DNA from: Felis catus
Taxonomy: Eukaryota
Reading direction: 5' to 3'
Length of the DNA stretch: 64,000 nucleotides
Assembly (NCBI RefSeq): GCF_018350175.1
Contig: NC_058374.1
Location: forward strand, 132,246,001-132,310,000
The notes under the pieces were generated by a model that searched no databases, was not told the DNA's origin, and was given only the letters and a program-made list of their open reading frames with translations. The position numbers were made by a program, and so were the translations under genes. Below, in pieces: positions 45,697 through 61,070 of the stretch (positions are counted from its first letter, which is position 1; each line of letters begins with the position of its first letter).

Positions 45697-46542
45697 CAAT
45701 TTGTTTCTTTCTTTAGCCCCGCTACAACAGTGACACCATTACATTCACCACAGTTGCTACTTTAACACAAGCTTGCGTGCTTACCACGTGGTTGGGAGTC
45801 CTACCCTAATCCAGACAACTTTTAAATTATCTTAATTTTTTGTAATTTGCCAACCACCTAAGAGTTGCAGCTCTGTTTTCATAAGATTAGTTAATGGAGG
45901 CTTGCAAGCACTGTTCTAAGTGCTTCCCATATGCTAATTTATTTTCTGCCAACTGTGCCTTGAGGTAGCTGCTTCATTTTTTTTTTTAAGAGGAGACAGC
46001 TCAGGCTCAGAGAGGTTAATTAACTTGTTGGAGGTCACACAGCTGAGTAGTGGACCCAGGATCGAACCTAGGTTCTACCCTGTCTTCAGAAAGAGGATGT
46101 AAAAATGGGCAGGGAATTCCCTTCCCCAAATGTAGTTGTAGATTTCTCTATTCAAGTAAAGAAGCACCTTCTCTTGAGAATATTTTTTCTGGGCAAGCAC
46201 TATAGTGAGGAGGACATGTGTTTTAGTGTGCCAATAGATGTCAGCACATTCTGAACTTGACTTCTTTCTGGAAGAGCCAGTTGGTAAGATGCTAAATCCC
46301 AATTATTATTCTAGATTACTAATGCTTGATATTTGGCTTTTCGGCCAAATCAAGATTTTAACGTTTTTAACTACCTCATAGAGTAATAGGTAGGATAGTT
46401 GTGGGCAATGTAGCCAGAACAAGAGAAGAAAAAACGCATTTGAAGAGCTGTTATCAAGACCTTTGGAGTTGAATGACTTCTGGTTCCAGATTCCCAGCTC
46501 TTTGTGCACATAAGACTTGATTGTAAAAAAAAAAAAAAGGGG

Positions 46543-46745
46543 GGGGGGCAGTCTGGGTGGCTCAGTTGGTTAAGCGTCAGACTTGGGCTGGGGTCATGAT
46601 CTCACGGTCCATGAGTTGGAGCCCTGTGTCCGGCTCTGTGCGGACAGCTCAGACTGGAGCCTCCTTTGGATTCTGCGTCTCCCTCTCTCTGTCCCTACCC
46701 CGCTCATGCTCTGTCTCTATGTCTCAAAAATAAATGTTAAAAAAA
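46543..46745 (+). mobile_element. CAN-SINE
   Basis: Head preceded by A/G homopolymers; TSD cttgatt. Confidence 0.88.
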
Positions 46746-47329
46746 TTTTTTTTTAAAGAAAAAAGGCTTGATTTTAGTTGAAAACAGGAGCAAGTGGAAG
46801 TTGCCTCTTTTTTTTTTTTTAATCAGGTGGATCCTTAAAACTGACGGCCATTTTGAACCCGACTCTTACTAAATCCTGTGTTCCAAACCCTGGATCTTGG
46901 ATAGGTTACCGTCTCAGTGGCTGCTCTTTCTTGATTGCTGCCTGGGACGAGTGGCCAAGGCCAGATATGCGAGTTTTGGCCAATCTCTAATTTTATCAAG
47001 CTTTTCAAACGTTTGAAACCGGGAAAGATACTTAAAACTTGTGCTGATAGTATTTTGGATTGGGGCTTATCCACAACCGATTCTACTCTTTAGGAATCAT
47101 CCATTGGGAAGTACCCTCACAGACCCTAGATCTTGGCTTCACAGTTCACAAATGCGGTGAGGTGGTTTTGGCTTGTCTTTTAGCTGGTTGCCTCTTTTTG
47201 GTCCCGTAATTGCTCTCTCCGCAGAGGCGGTGAATGGAGAATTCTCCCTAAGGTCAGCGTTTAATTAACTGCCTCGCTCTGCTGCTATAGTATTCCAGGC
47301 ATCGATCCTACTATTAAAATTGCCTGGAG

Positions 47330-48861
<1,532 letters not shown>

Positions 48862-49063
48862 TAAGTGAAGACGCGACTGGTGTTTCGAAGGTGCTTAAAC
48901 ATCAGTAAAGGAGAGAATGCCAATTTGGGAGTCAGGGCTGGGTTCCCTTTCCTGCCCTGCCACTTAAAAAGGCTCTGTGACCTTGGGAAAGTTTCTTAAC
49001 CTCTCAGTTCTAGAGCTACATCACTTATAAGTCCAAGTATGTTGTAAAAATGAGAAACGTATT

Positions 49064-49446
49064 CGACGGGTTAAAAAACAAAACACAACAGGCCCAGGAT
49101 GGAGTCACTTGCCCCCGGAACGGCAAAACTTAGTTGCAGCTTCAGCCTCTCCCAGGGGTGAAATTTCTTGGTCACTGCTAGCGAGGTAATCTGCCTGCTA
49201 AGACCCCCCCCCCCCCCCCCCCCCCGCTTTTCCCAAAGAGAAGGTAACCTTGCCTGGAACGGATCCTTTCTTTTCTTGCGCTAATAACCTCGTCTCCCCT
49301 CATTGCTGCCTATAAAATCTCTCCTTTCTGTGCAGCTACATGGAGCTCCTTTCTCCTTGCTGGATAGGATGCTGCCTGATTCATGAATGTAGAATAAAGC
49401 CAATGAGATCTCTAAAGTTACTTGATTGAATTTTGTCTCTTTCACA
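49064..49446 (+). mobile_element. Solo LTR (ERV-like) inserted in a MIR, GTPBP1 intron 1, sense orientation
   Basis: TATAAAA 49311-49317, AATAAA 49393-49398, ends ...ttcaCA. MIR sequence resumes on both sides. TSD not found; left edge approximate. Confidence 0.6.
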
Positions 49447-51181
49447 GACCCCTAGTAAAGCGCCCGATACATACTACTCAGTAAATGTTTGAAGGGAACT
49501 GAACAACTGATAATTCCCTGTGCAGATTTAATAGCATCAATGCCACCTCCTACCTGTTGCTGGGTAGTTACAATGAAACGTGTTTGTCGAGCCTTGAAAA
49601 CCTTCGTGCCTTGTCAAAGTCTGGTGGCAAAACTGCATGCAACTTGACCCAAACCGGAGAGAAGTTCCCTTGCAACCTAAGCAACCAAGTTTCAACTGTT
49701 TTCTCTCCCTCTAGTCTCAGCTGCCTACGTAGAAACCAGCTATCTGGCTTCTTTAACAGTTTTCTTGTCTGCTGTCTCCACTACCGTAATGAGAATAGCC
49801 AAGCTCAGAGAGAGGGATGGCCAGAGGCAATGTGTGAGGCCATGGGCTTGAAGCAAAAGACCCAGGCAGCACCCAGGTTGACAAGTACAAGCCCTAATGA
49901 GTCAACTCAGGAAGTTGTAAGAAACGCACTTGCTTCAGAAGCAGATGAGTCGGGTGTCAGCTCATGGTCAAGGTGCTGAAGAATCCTGAAGACGCAGGGT
50001 GGGAACGTGCAAGGCAGAGTTGCAAAGAGAGTAGTACCGTCATTTCCTGACCAACGCATTTAATGTTCCGGGATAGGCAGGTGTTACTTCATTGCAGAGC
50101 TGGGGAAGTCCTTCTCACTGTTTTGAACTTGAGAAGCCGTAGGTCTGTAAATTTTGACGACATTGAAAAGAAAAACTGACAATGTGGAGAGGGAGAAGGG
50201 ATGTGTTGATTCCTGAGGAAAAGACTAGAAGCTGTAAGTGTATACGCTTGCTACAATGAACTACGGAGACCAAAAGTTCTGAGAGCTTTCAGAGGGAGAG
50301 ATGGTCAGTGAACTGTAGTGGCTAGTTTCATCTGAGAAGGTTTTCCCAGGGCTGATTGGGCGAAGGAAACGAATTCCCACTTACTGAGCCGTGGACTAGG
50401 TGTTTTTACATGTTATCTTACTTGGTCTTTGTAGTGGCCTTAGGATTCAGGTAGTATAATCCCTATTTGTGGATTGAAAAACTGAGACTCAGAGAGGTTA
50501 AGGTCTTTGTCCAAGGTCACACACAAGCGGTCAGAGAATGGAATCTGACATACCTCTTGCTAAATGGCCTCCCCAAATAAGCAGTGTATATTTTCACGTT
50601 ATTGACAGAAATTTGCAGAATGATGGCGCTAACTACCCGCCTTACTGGTAATGGGTGTTTTGTTGCTGGAGATGAGTCTTGCGGCAGTTTTTGCTGCTGA
50701 TTCTAAATAATCAAGATCTTGCCAAGGCGAGATGGAACCGAATTCTTTGGTTACTGTGAGAACCAGTGGCCTAGGGTGGCGGGAATGGCAGGGTAGGAGC
50801 TCTCTGTCCGGTGAACTGCAAAGTGCAGGTAGCAGACTTTGGCACGTAGGTAACAAAGCACGGCTCCTGAATGCCTCCCCACAGTGCCCCATTGTCAGTC
50901 GTGGTGGGTCCTGCCCCTCCTGTCAAGCAGCAGGAAGCAGGCTGCTCACACCCTTTTGTCTGTGGGTTGTGGCTCAGACATCCTCATTTTAGTACATCAT
51001 AGAACTCAATTCCTAAAAGGCTAAGGCTCAAAGGCTATTTCAAGGGAGGCAGAGAGGACATGAGGGGGGCCGCGTAGTTATTTCAGATCCAGATGCTGTG
51101 GGGTTCAATCAGGGTCTTTGGTCAGGCTGCTGATCTACCTTGGCTGTGCTGCTCTTCTAGTAAGTGTGGTCTTAAGGCTGT

Positions 51182-51337
51182 NNNNNNNNNNNNNNNNNNN
51201 NNNNNNNNNNNNNNNNNNNNNNNNNNNNNNNNNNNNNNNNNNNNNNNNNNNNNNNNNNNNNNNNNNNNNNNNNNNNNNNNNNNNNNNNNNNNNNNNNNNN
51301 NNNNNNNNNNNNNNNNNNNNNNNNNNNNNNNNNNNNN
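51182..51337. other. GTPBP1: Assembly gap (156 N); most likely location of GTPBP1 exon 2 (112 nt expected)
   Basis: I did not find the expected [37 protein letters not shown] coding sequence between exons 1 and 3. Exon 1 ends in phase 0 and exon 3 starts in phase 1, so a 3n+1 exon is required. Confidence 0.6.
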
Positions 51338-54300
51338 TTAAAAAATTACTTAGAGCACATTGTCCTTCTTTTATCAACTTCCTGGTCCTGTGTCGGCTGC
51401 AGTGATTCTTTAGTGTCTGCACAACTGTTTGGGAGGACATAAAAGGACAAAGCGGTGATGCTAACTCCCACCTTAGTGATCATAATATGCTTGATGTCAA
51501 AGATTCACTGTCCAGGCGGTTCTACAGACGCTTCCTTGCTGTCTCCAGTACCCTCAATTTGCATAAAGGGAAAGCTCAAAGCGAGGAAACTTCTTATCCC
51601 AGGTAACAGAGCAAGTCACAGTGAGGCCTACAGTTAAGTCTTCCTTGGGCAGCTCTAGGCCCTTCCCTCTTTAGGCCCGGTTTACGGATCCCATCGCTGT
51701 TATTACCTGTTTTGCAGAGAACCTTCGTGATTCTTCTTGATGTCTTCAAGAGAAGGACACCCAGCGTTCCTCCCTTTGGCAAGACCGCCTTGCCTCAGAC
51801 CACACTGACCATTCGCTGTGGTTAGCTGTGATAACAGAAGTCTTCTTTTTCTCCCTGTGAGATCCTGTCAGACGTGTAGCCTTGTTACCGTTCCGGAAGG
51901 GGCTGATCAGTGTCCTCCAGCCTGCTTGTTCCATTGTAATGGGGCCCACTGTTTTAGAGGAGAGCAGTCCTCTAAATTTTATCTTGGGCTTTCCCCCCGC
52001 CCCCCTTTGGTCACTCCTAGGGATACCCTACCTCAGAGGTACTTTGTGTGGCTAAGTTAGGTATTAAAAAATATTCCCTCGATACAAGGCCTACTTACTC
52101 TTGCTTCATTACGACATTATTTTTGCTGAAATGGCAGCTGGGCTTGTTAACAATTATGAATTTAGCCTGGACCAGAACTTGGCTCTGTCGTCTTCACAGG
52201 AAGCCCTGGTAGGCCTTGATGCGTCATTAAAGGAACAGTTCTTTGCTGAATGCAGGCTTTGCAAAGGCAGGTAATAATTCTTTTTAGTCAGAGATGGAGA
52301 AAAACTCAAAGTCATTCTTTAGCTATTTGACTAGAAGATCTGTTAAGTATCTTCTAAGGGCTTGATACTGTTGCAAAGTACTTTGGATACTTATAAACTG
52401 GCCTCTGCCCCGGGAAGAAAGATAGTATATACATAGATAACCTGAGCAGAAAATATTTGGAAATGCCGCAAGACTGACGTATGGAAGAAGGGTTTGATCT
52501 CCAAATACTGCTGTGCTTTCCTTTGAAATGTCTCTCCTCTCCGTCCCTTCCATTCCATCTTTGCTGCTGCCTTCCCAGTTTTGGGTCTTATCACTTTAAA
52601 GAAAGCATGGTCAGAGAGGTAGACACACTGAGAGGTTGCCTGACAAGAAGGGGAGGGGGTTGGTCAGCACTGGCAAGTGCTAAAGACAGCAAGGAGAGTC
52701 AGGTGCAGAAAGAGCCATTCTATTTGGTGACCAGGGGTTTGTTGGTAGACTTTTAAAAGCTTTTGTTCAGGTGCACATCTGGCCTGCTGTGTTAGGATGA
52801 GCCACTCTCAGGCCACTTCACGCTTGTAGAATTGAAGAAACCATATCTAGACCAATTTTGACAAGCGTCGGGACTGTTCTTTGATGGTCTGTATTCTTAG
52901 GACCCTGCCCTTCCCCACCCCCTCCCCCCCCATCATTACCATGCCTTGGCAACTGACAACTAATTAACCCTCCAATGGCAAAGCATAAGATGTTCAGTAT
53001 TCATTATTACATCTACACACCCAAGCATTATCTTTGCATCCACCAATTGGATGCTGTTAGATTCAGTGACTCCTTCCTACTGGAATTCTTTGGAGGTAGA
53101 AAGAGAGCATAACTAGTTAAACAAGTTGAACATCCAATAGAGGACTAAACCAGATGCAAGGCCCCCAGGGGTCAGCTTCATTACCAGCTTCCTGTGCTTT
53201 ACTTCTGTTTATCACTTCCTTCGTCTGTAAAATGGAGTTGATGGCACACTTCCCCACCCTACCTCAGAGATATTTTGTGTGGGTAAGTTAGATGTTAAAA
53301 AGTTCTAGGCAGAGTAATATGTTCATTGAGTATACGTTCCTAATTGTAAAAGGAGGCGGTCTCACCTGGCAGTAGATCTCCATTTGCCTACTGGCTCTTT
53401 TCCTTGTCTTCAAATGGGGTTGATAATAGAATCTGTCCCGTGGGTCATGGCGAAGATTAACACTGGACTATAGTATCACAGAAATGTTACCTGGTATTAA
53501 TCATGGCAGTAATAATTTTTTAAAGATTCCAGGTTAGAGTTGATTTACCAGGAGATTTTTTTTCAAGAAGAACTTTGTTCATTTTTCATATTAAGTCATG
53601 GCTTTCTAAGAACCAGCTCCTGTATTAAAAGTTCAGGGAAATGGGAGGAGTGTCAGGTCTCTGGGGGGCAGTCAGCAAGGGCTTCAAAGAGGAGGTGCCC
53701 CTTGAAACGATACTAAAGGGGGAGTAGGAGTTTTCCAGGTTAAATGGAGGCAGTAGTGAGTGAGCTGAGAAAGCCACATGCACAGAGGCACAGAGGCATT
53801 GGTGATTGTGGAAGAGTTGGTGGACCAAAAGTGATTCTGTAAAGTGGGAGCATAGAATGTGAGGTTGGGAGTATCAGGAGGGTAGGCTGGGCAGATCAGC
53901 AGGGCCCACATCTTGATGGTTTTTGAACGCCACATCAAGGAATTAAGACTTTTATCCTAAAAGCACATTGAGGAGAGTGCATACAGAAAAGGTAAGCCAG
54001 ATGGCAGGACAGAAATCTGATTAGGTCTGGGCATGGTTAAATATGTGGCCTTAAGTAATTGGACCTCTACAGCTTTTCTCCTTGGCCTTTGTCTCCACTC
54101 CTACAGGATGAGGAATGCGGTGCACGCTGGAGAAGGGTAATGTGACTAGGGGCATTCGCTGGGAGGTCTGGATAGACAAGGTGACGTTCGTGATTGCCCC
54201 TTGGTGTGAAACAGGACCCGGAAGCATTTTGTTGTACCAGAAGCAGGGAAGGTTGGATAGAATTTGGGAGTCTGGCTAGAATGGCAAGGTTAGCAGGCTT

Positions 54301-54382
54301 TCTCTTAGGAACACTTTCAGTAAGCCCTTCTCTAACCTAGAAGATTTCTAGAGCTAAGTAGGCTGAGGGAACTCCTCAGCCC

Positions 54383-54612
54383 NNNNNNNNNNNNNNNNNN
54401 NNNNNNNNNNNNNNNNNNNNNNNNNNNNNNNNNNNNNNNNNNNNNNNNNNNNNNNNNNNNNNNNNNNNNNNNNNNNNNNNNNNNNNNNNNNNNNNNNNNN
54501 NNNNNNNNNNNNNNNNNNNNNNNNNNNNNNNNNNNNNNNNNNNNNNNNNNNNNNNNNNNNNNNNNNNNNNNNNNNNNNNNNNNNNNNNNNNNNNNNNNNN
54601 NNNNNNNNNNNN
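54383..54612. other. Assembly gap (230 N); alternative location for GTPBP1 exon 2, or a hidden SINE
   Basis: N run. Confidence 0.95.
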
Positions 54613-54799
54613 TGAGGACTTGATGGAGGAAAAGCACCCTCATGGGGCATCCAGGGAATATTTGAGATACCCTGTCCTCAAGATCCTTGTATATAGTGGG
54701 GGAAGACATGCATCCAGAACCCTATTCCACAAGGGGGGTAGTGTGTGGTGTGCTGATGCGTGCTTTCTAGGATGGGAAATACATAAGCAAAAGAATAGA

Positions 54800-56950
54800 T
54801 CTGAAGAAGTGTAGGGAACAAGGAGGGATGGTAACTGAGCCACTTGCGTTGGGACAAAACAGGAGGAGGTGTGGGATAAATGGGGGAGACCTTGAAGAAA
54901 TTGGAGCCGGTTGCTACTGGACTGGGGGAGCCCGAGGGTTTGACTTGGAAGTAACAACGCCAGAACTGTGCCTGGATTAGGAGCTTAAGCTTGTGTGTAT
55001 GCAGGATGGGTTGCAGGGAATAAAGCCGGGATGTGCTACGACCAGCTAGGGGTCTTGTAGTGTTTGAGGTGGAACAGGGCCTGAATTGGGCTGGTGGCAC
55101 TGGATTGGCAACAGGAGAGCAGGGACAAGGACAGAAGGGCGAGGCGCAAAGCTAGAATCAGGACTGGAGGGATGAGTGTTGAGCCTGGGTGACTGGAAAG
55201 GTAGTGTTGCCGTCAGAAGTCGGGAAGGCAAGGGAGGAACTGGCCGGGCACGAAGAGGAACCCTGGCCAGAGGAAAAGGCTCTACGTTTGGAATCAGAAA
55301 ACCCAAGCGCCCACGGCCCCTTGGCTGTCTACCAGCTCTGAGACCTCTCCGGGTTCTGTTTATCCCATTGCTAAATGGGAACAGTAATGCTTACCCCATA
55401 GGATTGCACGGAGGACTAAAGTGCTTTACTAGCAGTGTTCGTTTTTGTGCTGTGGTTTAAAAAGGGGTGTGGAGTGGTTGAGTTCAGATGCCGGGCTTCT
55501 AAGAGTTCTCACCCATGCAGCTGGAAATCCAGTCTGGAGCTCTTCGAAGAGGACAGTGCTAGAAATGAGTGTTTTTGTCGTTTACAAAGTGACGGTTGGA
55601 GCCATAGGATGAGATGGCCAAGGGAAATAAATGTTCAGAGGCTAGAGAAGAGGACCACTGAGAGAGGAAGGAGCCAGACAGAGGGTAGAGAGGTAAATCA
55701 GAAGAGTTCAGGCAATAGGCAGGCAGCATGGGAGGGAAGTGCTTCGGGAAGCAAAGGTAGGGTAGCCAGCAGTGTCCAGTGTTGTAGGGGGTCAAGTAAA
55801 GGGCATTAGATGAGTGGTTGAAGGCCATTAATGAATGACTTGAAAATTAATTTCTTCTAGAGTCCTCAGAAATACAGTCAGCAGGTGTGATCACTCCCTT
55901 GAGATGCTCGGTGGTAGAAGGGAAGAGGGGGTGGGAAAAGGCAGCGTAAAGTCTTTGAGAGGCAGTAGAAGAGAAGGGGTTGGGCACATGCTGGGGGATT
56001 AGCCTGGGCAAGGGGCAGAGGCACTCACTCTCTGAGACCCAGAGGCTGGAGGAAAAGCCGACGAGCTCTTGTGGGAGGAACTGAACGATCCCAGGTTGAA
56101 AGCACCTCGCAGGGATTACCTTACAGTAGACACTCAGGTGATTTGGTTGATGGGTCCCTGTCTTTCCGTTGGACTCCCTTCCTCATTCTGAGCTCAGACT
56201 CCTTTTTTCCGGCTACTTGCTGGATGTTTCACCTGAGCCACCTCAGTTAAAAATCTGTCCCTAAAATCATTCTTAAATTCTCTCCCAATTTTCCTTTGCC
56301 TCCTGTCCTCATCATTTCTTGCTTGGGTTATTAGAATTAGTTCCTAACCGGGCTCCCCCTCTCTGGTCTCTCCCTTGCCAGTGCACACTCTCTGTTGCTG
56401 CTCAAGACCTCTTTCTAGCCCACAGTGAATCTGATCGTGTTACACCCCTGCCTAAACTCCCAAAGCTTCCCACTGCCTGGTACATAATGTGTTTTGCTGC
56501 CGTCTGGTGTCTGTCTGCTCTTAACGGCTCTCACCCCTTATAGGGTCTCTCACCACTTGACATCCTGCTCCCCAACACACCAAGCTGCTTATTGGTCCTT
56601 GAATGTGCCGTGATCTGCCATGCTCCGTGCTTTGCTCCTCTGCCTAGGATGTTTTTACTCCTTTCTCGTAGGCCCATTTTTCATACTTGGAGACCCAGCT
56701 TGGACTCGGCATCCTGCAGAGCTGTCCTCAGCTTCCCTAGGCTGTGCTAGTTGCTTACACTTTACATTCCCTTTGTATAATTCTATAGTAAAGCACTCAA
56801 GTTGTATTGCAATTAATTAATTTTCTGTCTCTCCCGCTGGGCTGTGAGCTCGCCGAGGGCACCTGTACTCCCAGTACCCAGCATGAGACTTGGCATAAAA
56901 CCTTGGAGAGTCTTAGTGATTACTGTTGAATGAATTAATGAATACCCTGC
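54800..56950. mobile_element. Degenerate L2 and MIR fragments
   Basis: L2-like motifs (gactggaaaggtagtgttgcc, gagctgtcctcagcttccc, ttactgttgaatgaattaatgaat). Boundaries approximate. Confidence 0.55.
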
Positions 56951-57100
56951 TTCAAGGGGAAGCCCGCGGCACTATTATTTATTAACTCTGTGTGTGCCCA
57001 AGTTTTTGAAAAGTGTCAGAGAGAGCGGTGTTGTTCTCCAGTGCCTGGGGTCGGTGGGGGGGGGGGGGGTACGGTTTGGTGGGGGTGGCTGAATGGCTGA

Positions 57101-57319
<219 letters not shown>

Positions 57320-57570
57320 TGAGGAGACCTTCGGAACAGTTCAGGGGTTCTGAACCCCTGCGTGACCCTGCAGTCTAGGGCTTCACGGAGAGCAGTGATT
57401 GAACCTCTGGCACTTGACACTCCTTCCCTTTCTGAGGCCAGGAAAGAGTGTCCAGAGATATGATAGCTCCGTTTTCTGCTTCTGTACTTCCCCCTCCCTA
57501 AATATTTCCGTTTGGTAAGAGTGGAGGCCAGCCATCCATTTGTGGCCATTGTGTGGGCTGCCTTTTCTTA

Positions 57571-57592
57571 ACCGACTGAGCCACCCAGGCAC
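57571..57592 (-). mobile_element. 22-nt SINE head stub with 10-bp TSD
   Basis: accgactgagccacccaggcac flanked by ccttttctta at 57561-57570 and 57593-57602. Confidence 0.8.
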
Positions 57593-57917
57593 CCTTTTCT
57601 TATCTGAGGCTACGTTGTCTCATCTAATCAACCTGTGAGGCTGAAAACCAGGATATTGGAGGGGAGCACTTTGTGCCTCTGCTGCCTTGGGGCTCCTGTC
57701 TGGCAGCTTTGAGGAAGCTAGTGGACGTCAAGAGAGAAGGCCATCGTGATGGGAGTCTAGTTCCTCCGAAATAATTCTTTCTACTCTGGAGGCTGTGCTT
57801 CCAGGGACGTTCCCAATGTGCTCAGCCACGAGTGGGAGGAGCAGTGGGCTGCAGAGGCTCAGGGGCAGTGTGTCCTTAGAGATCCAGGTACTCGGGTTCA
57901 CTTTGCTTACCCACTAA

Positions 57918-58319
<402 letters not shown>

Positions 58320-59841
58320 TGAGGAGGGGAGGCTCCAGCTGGGTTGTTTGGGAGGTGGTGATGCGCGAGTGCTAGAGATTGTTCTGCGACAGAGGCCTGT
58401 TGATTCGGGGCTTTGACACGGGGTAAGGATGACACATTTTACAGGGTTGCCTGGTCCCCTGAGTGCTGTGGTCTTGTACCTTGGTGGTGTACGTACCTCG
58501 ATCTCTCTCCCTGGTGCCGGTTGCAGACCTGTTTTATTTTTCAGAGAGGCATAGAGGAGGGTTTCTCCTGGGGCTCACTTACCACCTTCAGAAATGTTTT
58601 CCCGTGGCGGGGTTAGGCTGCTTTGCGGAGGTGGTACTAGGTGGCACCCCCAGAGACGAGACGAACCTGGGAAGAAATGGAAGAGAGCACAGACGGCAAT
58701 CAAGAGGGGCCCGGGAGGTCACCTCTGTCAAAGCCTGGGAGGAGAGTCTCCCGTGTGCCTGGCACCGTTCCTGGGGCCTGAAGGATACAGGGCCACCCCG
58801 GGCTCCCGTAGAGCTTACAGTCCAGTGAGTAGATTTTTTGGCAGCTCATCGAAATATAGATCAACTGAAAAGGAAAGGGAGCAGAGGCTTCTGTGTTGGA
58901 TCATGTTGCAAAGTTTCCTTTTGGGTCCCACTGATTTTCTTCCCTGGACAGCGTGTGGGAGTCTGTGAGGCCCACTGCCTTGCACACAGCTTCACAGCTT
59001 CCACGGAGAGCACAAGTGAGCAAGTTTTCCTTTGGCAAGTGCTTCTCAAAGCCCTTCCCCATTTCCTGGTTCCTCCAGCTGCCTGTATTAATAAGCGTAG
59101 TAAACACAAGCATCTGTTGAGAGCATAATTGATCAAGTTGCCCCACAAACACAGGTTCTCAGGCAAATTCTCCCCAAACTGGAGAGTGAAGCAGAGCATA
59201 TGTGTGAACACTCTTGGTGGCTCTCTACCCAAGGTTCTTGGGATCTCATTAAATCAGGATCTCCCATATCCTTGAGCATTTCAGGGGCCACCACCAACTT
59301 TGGGCTAAGAAAAACTTCCACAAGAAGGGGTTTCAGAGGAAGAGCCATAGGGCGTATTTGGGGGAATTGCTGGGTTTGTGTTAAGAAAGGTGTAGAAACC
59401 AGTGTAAAGTAGGCATTTTTCTAAGTATAGGGAACAAGGGCAATTAAAGGAAATACCTTCACCCTAGATGAAATGTTATACATTATCTGACTTTGAGGCT
59501 ATAATCCAAATATTAAAAATTTCTGTAGAAAACAATGAAATCATCATGGCTCCATGATAATAAATTTCCGGGGGGGGGGGGGGGGAGAAGGAGTCTATAA
59601 AATATATAGACAACAGAGCGATAGAGCATTCTCTTATCCCAGCTGGAAAGAATGCAAACAAGTCTGGGTTGGATAGGAAAGGTGGTTGGAAGAAACGGGA
59701 AGAATTAGAAGGAAGAGAGAGGAGGAGTCTTGGTGTGAGCAGAAGGGAACATGGCAGAGGACGTGTGTGTCAGTGGGATAGCGGCTCACCTGTGAAGTGC
59801 GATCAAATGAAGGGCATCGCTTGAAACCGTTCTGGAATGTA

Positions 59842-60315
59842 AGGGGCACCTGCGTGGCTCAGTCGGTTAAGCATCCAACTCTTGATTTCGGCTCAGGTCG
59901 TGATCTCACGGTTAGTGAGTTCGAGCCCCATGGTCGGGCTCAGCGCCAACAGCTCGGAGCCTGCTTGGAATTCTCTCTCCCTCTCTCTCTCCCCCTACCC
60001 CACTTGTGCTTCTCTCTCTCAAATAAATAAACTTTAAAATATTTTAAAAAGGGAAGAAACCGTTCTGGAATGTATTAAGCGCTCTGTAAATATGTTATGA
60101 CAATATTTATTTTGAGAGAGCGAGCGAGTGAGCAAGAGCAAGCATGCGCGCAGGAGCAGGGGAAGGGCAGAGAGAGAGGGAGAGAGAATCCCAAGCAGGC
60201 TCTGTGCCTTCAGCACACAGGCTGACACAGGGCTCGATCTCACAACCCGTGAGATCATGACATGAGCCAAAATCAAGAGTCAGACATTTAACAGACTGAG
60301 CCACCCAGGTGCCCC
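59842..60315. mobile_element. Tail-to-tail CAN-SINE pair (+ 59842-60055; - ~60104-60315)
   Basis: The first has a 19-bp TSD gaaaccgttctggaatgta (59823-59841 / 60056-60074). Confidence 0.92.
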
Positions 60316-60319
60316 GTCA

Positions 60320-61070
60320 TAACAACTGGAATTCAACTTTAGTAAGTTTTAGTAAGTAGCGCATTCTTATGGCACAAAAACAAAAAGACACCAAAACGCT
60401 TCTACTGAAATGTCTCCCTTCCTCCTCTGTTCCGTTTCCTCTCCAGGGCAACCAGTATTTCCAGTTTCGTATGTAGTCTCCAGAGATATTTTGTAATCAT
60501 ACCAGCAAATGCGGATGTATTCTCTCCCTCCAATTTCAGACAGTCAGGAAAGTTGAAGGAATAGTACAGCGAACACCATCGACCCACTGCTCGGATTCAA
60601 CAACCGTTAACATTTTGCTGTGTTCATCTGTGTTTGTGATGGATGCATATGTGTGTTTTTGTTGTTTCGGTTGAACCATTTGAAAGATTATAGGCATTGT
60701 GACTCTTGACCCCCAAATACTTTAGCACACAGCTCCTAAAAGTAAGGACTGTCTCCTACTGTTACTGTAGCTGGGAAGATGCACATGAGTTCCCTAATGC
60801 CCTCCAATATCTAGGCTCTAAGTGTTTATATTATCTCAGATGTTCCCCAAGTTTCTTACAGCCGCTTTTTTCAAACCCTGATCCATTCTACACCCTTTTA
60901 ACGGTAGCATGGTACATACACCTTGCCTTTTTTTTTTCCTCTTAAAAACATGTCTTAGAGATTAACCCATGTCAGTAGATAGGAGTCTCTCTTTCTTCTG
61001 GATAGCATGCTTGGTATGTTTTGTATGGCACACTTGTACATGTGCCCTAGTTTATTTGGGCAGCCTTTAT
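60320..61070 (-). mobile_element. Old L1ME/L1MC-like fragments
   Basis: ccattt...ggcattgtgactcttgacccccaaatactttagc...gattaacccatgtcagtag. Approximate. Confidence 0.5.

Noticed and set aside
54107-54136. The 30-nt candidate exon (DEECG...) as a diverged GTPBP1 exon 2 (DEGCG...)
   Set aside because: Wrong length and phase (3n, where 3n+1 is needed) and it lacks the rest of the conserved exon. The 5-residue resemblance is probably chance.
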